From the human T2T-CHM13v2.0 reference genome, Homo sapiens, in assembly GCF_009914755.1 (NCBI RefSeq), contig NC_060939.1: a stretch of 64,000 nt of DNA; one strand, given 5' to 3'. This document shows, piece after piece, positions 62,772 to 64,000 of this stretch. Below the pieces are notes generated by a model that was given only the letters and a program-made list of their open reading frames with translations, did not search any database and had not been told where the DNA came from. Both the position numbers and the translations under genes were made by a program. Numbering within the stretch: the stretch's first letter is position 1; the number at the start of each line of letters is the position of its first letter.

Positions 62772-62804
62772 CCAGACTCAGTCCTGCCGCAGTACAGACT
62801 TGCA
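62772..62804 (-). CDS. CA12: CA12 33-nt cassette exon (VQVCTAAGLSL)
   Basis: Minus-strand ccccttttaag|TG acceptor and G|gtatgt donor; phase 1-1, joins the TM exon to give ...AAGLSLGIILS. Confidence 0.93.
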
Positions 62805-63012
62805 CTTAAAAGGGGAGAGGAAAAGACGAGGTTACTCTAGAGTCAAACCACACTGGATTTGAGCAGCGTGTTGAGAGACGCTCTACCATTTGTTTGGTCT
62901 TAGGCTGACAGACCTCTAGGGATGTCCACCCTTGGCTCAGGGATTGCCTGATGAAGTACAGGAAATTGCCCATCTAGGGAATTCATACTGCAATCCCTCC
63001 TTCCGATGCTCC

Positions 63013-63674
<662 letters not shown>

Positions 63675-64000
63675 AAGATTTCAGTTTTTAATACAACATG
63701 GCCAAAGAGGAAAGATGAAGAAAGGTAGGGATCAAAGCCTGCTTGGGCAGGCTCCTGTCCATGTCCCTGGTACCTGCCTCACTTCCTAAGCAAGGAATCC
63801 ATCACCAGACTTCTCCCCCAGCCCATCAGCTTGTCATCATGGTTTGGTTCTATTTTTGCTTTGTCCCTCCTGGACAAACGCCTTCACCACATCAGCCCCA
63901 CTTCTCTGCTCCATGGAACCAGGGTATTACGGCTTCAACCAGCAAGTTACTGTTGAGGATAAATAAGGTGAGAGAGAAGTCCTCAGTGTGGCTGAACCCG

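Overview
This is primate DNA, almost certainly human, matching the RAB8B–APH1B–CA12 neighbourhood of 15q22.2. The left end (1–~2550) is an AT-rich terminal 3'UTR on the + strand, assigned to RAB8B by known gene order. The complete 6-exon APH1B gene (gamma-secretase subunit) is on the + strand: CDS 12404–40564, 774 nt = 257 aa, with a CpG-island promoter and a long 3'UTR to ~43905. The last three coding exons and the 3'UTR of CA12 (carbonic anhydrase XII) are on the - strand at the right end. The rest is mostly Alu, L1, L2, LTR and DNA-transposon remnants. Main observations: (1) APH1B codon 27 reads ATC (Ile) rather than the usual Thr, i.e. the Alzheimer-associated T27I allele. (2) A 7x53-bp minisatellite downstream of CA12 has unit junctions that create six E-box/HRE sites fused to CCAAT boxes, next to a CpG-rich patch with three more E-boxes. 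(3) APH1B intron 5 holds a ~180-bp, ~95%-identical inverted templated insertion with a flanking duplication. (4) There are several smaller template-switch or duplication scars, nested Alus and in-frame alternative splice options. No CRISPR, rRNA or tRNA is present. Repeat subfamily names come from recalled consensus features, not from a RepeatMasker run, and repeat boundaries are approximate.
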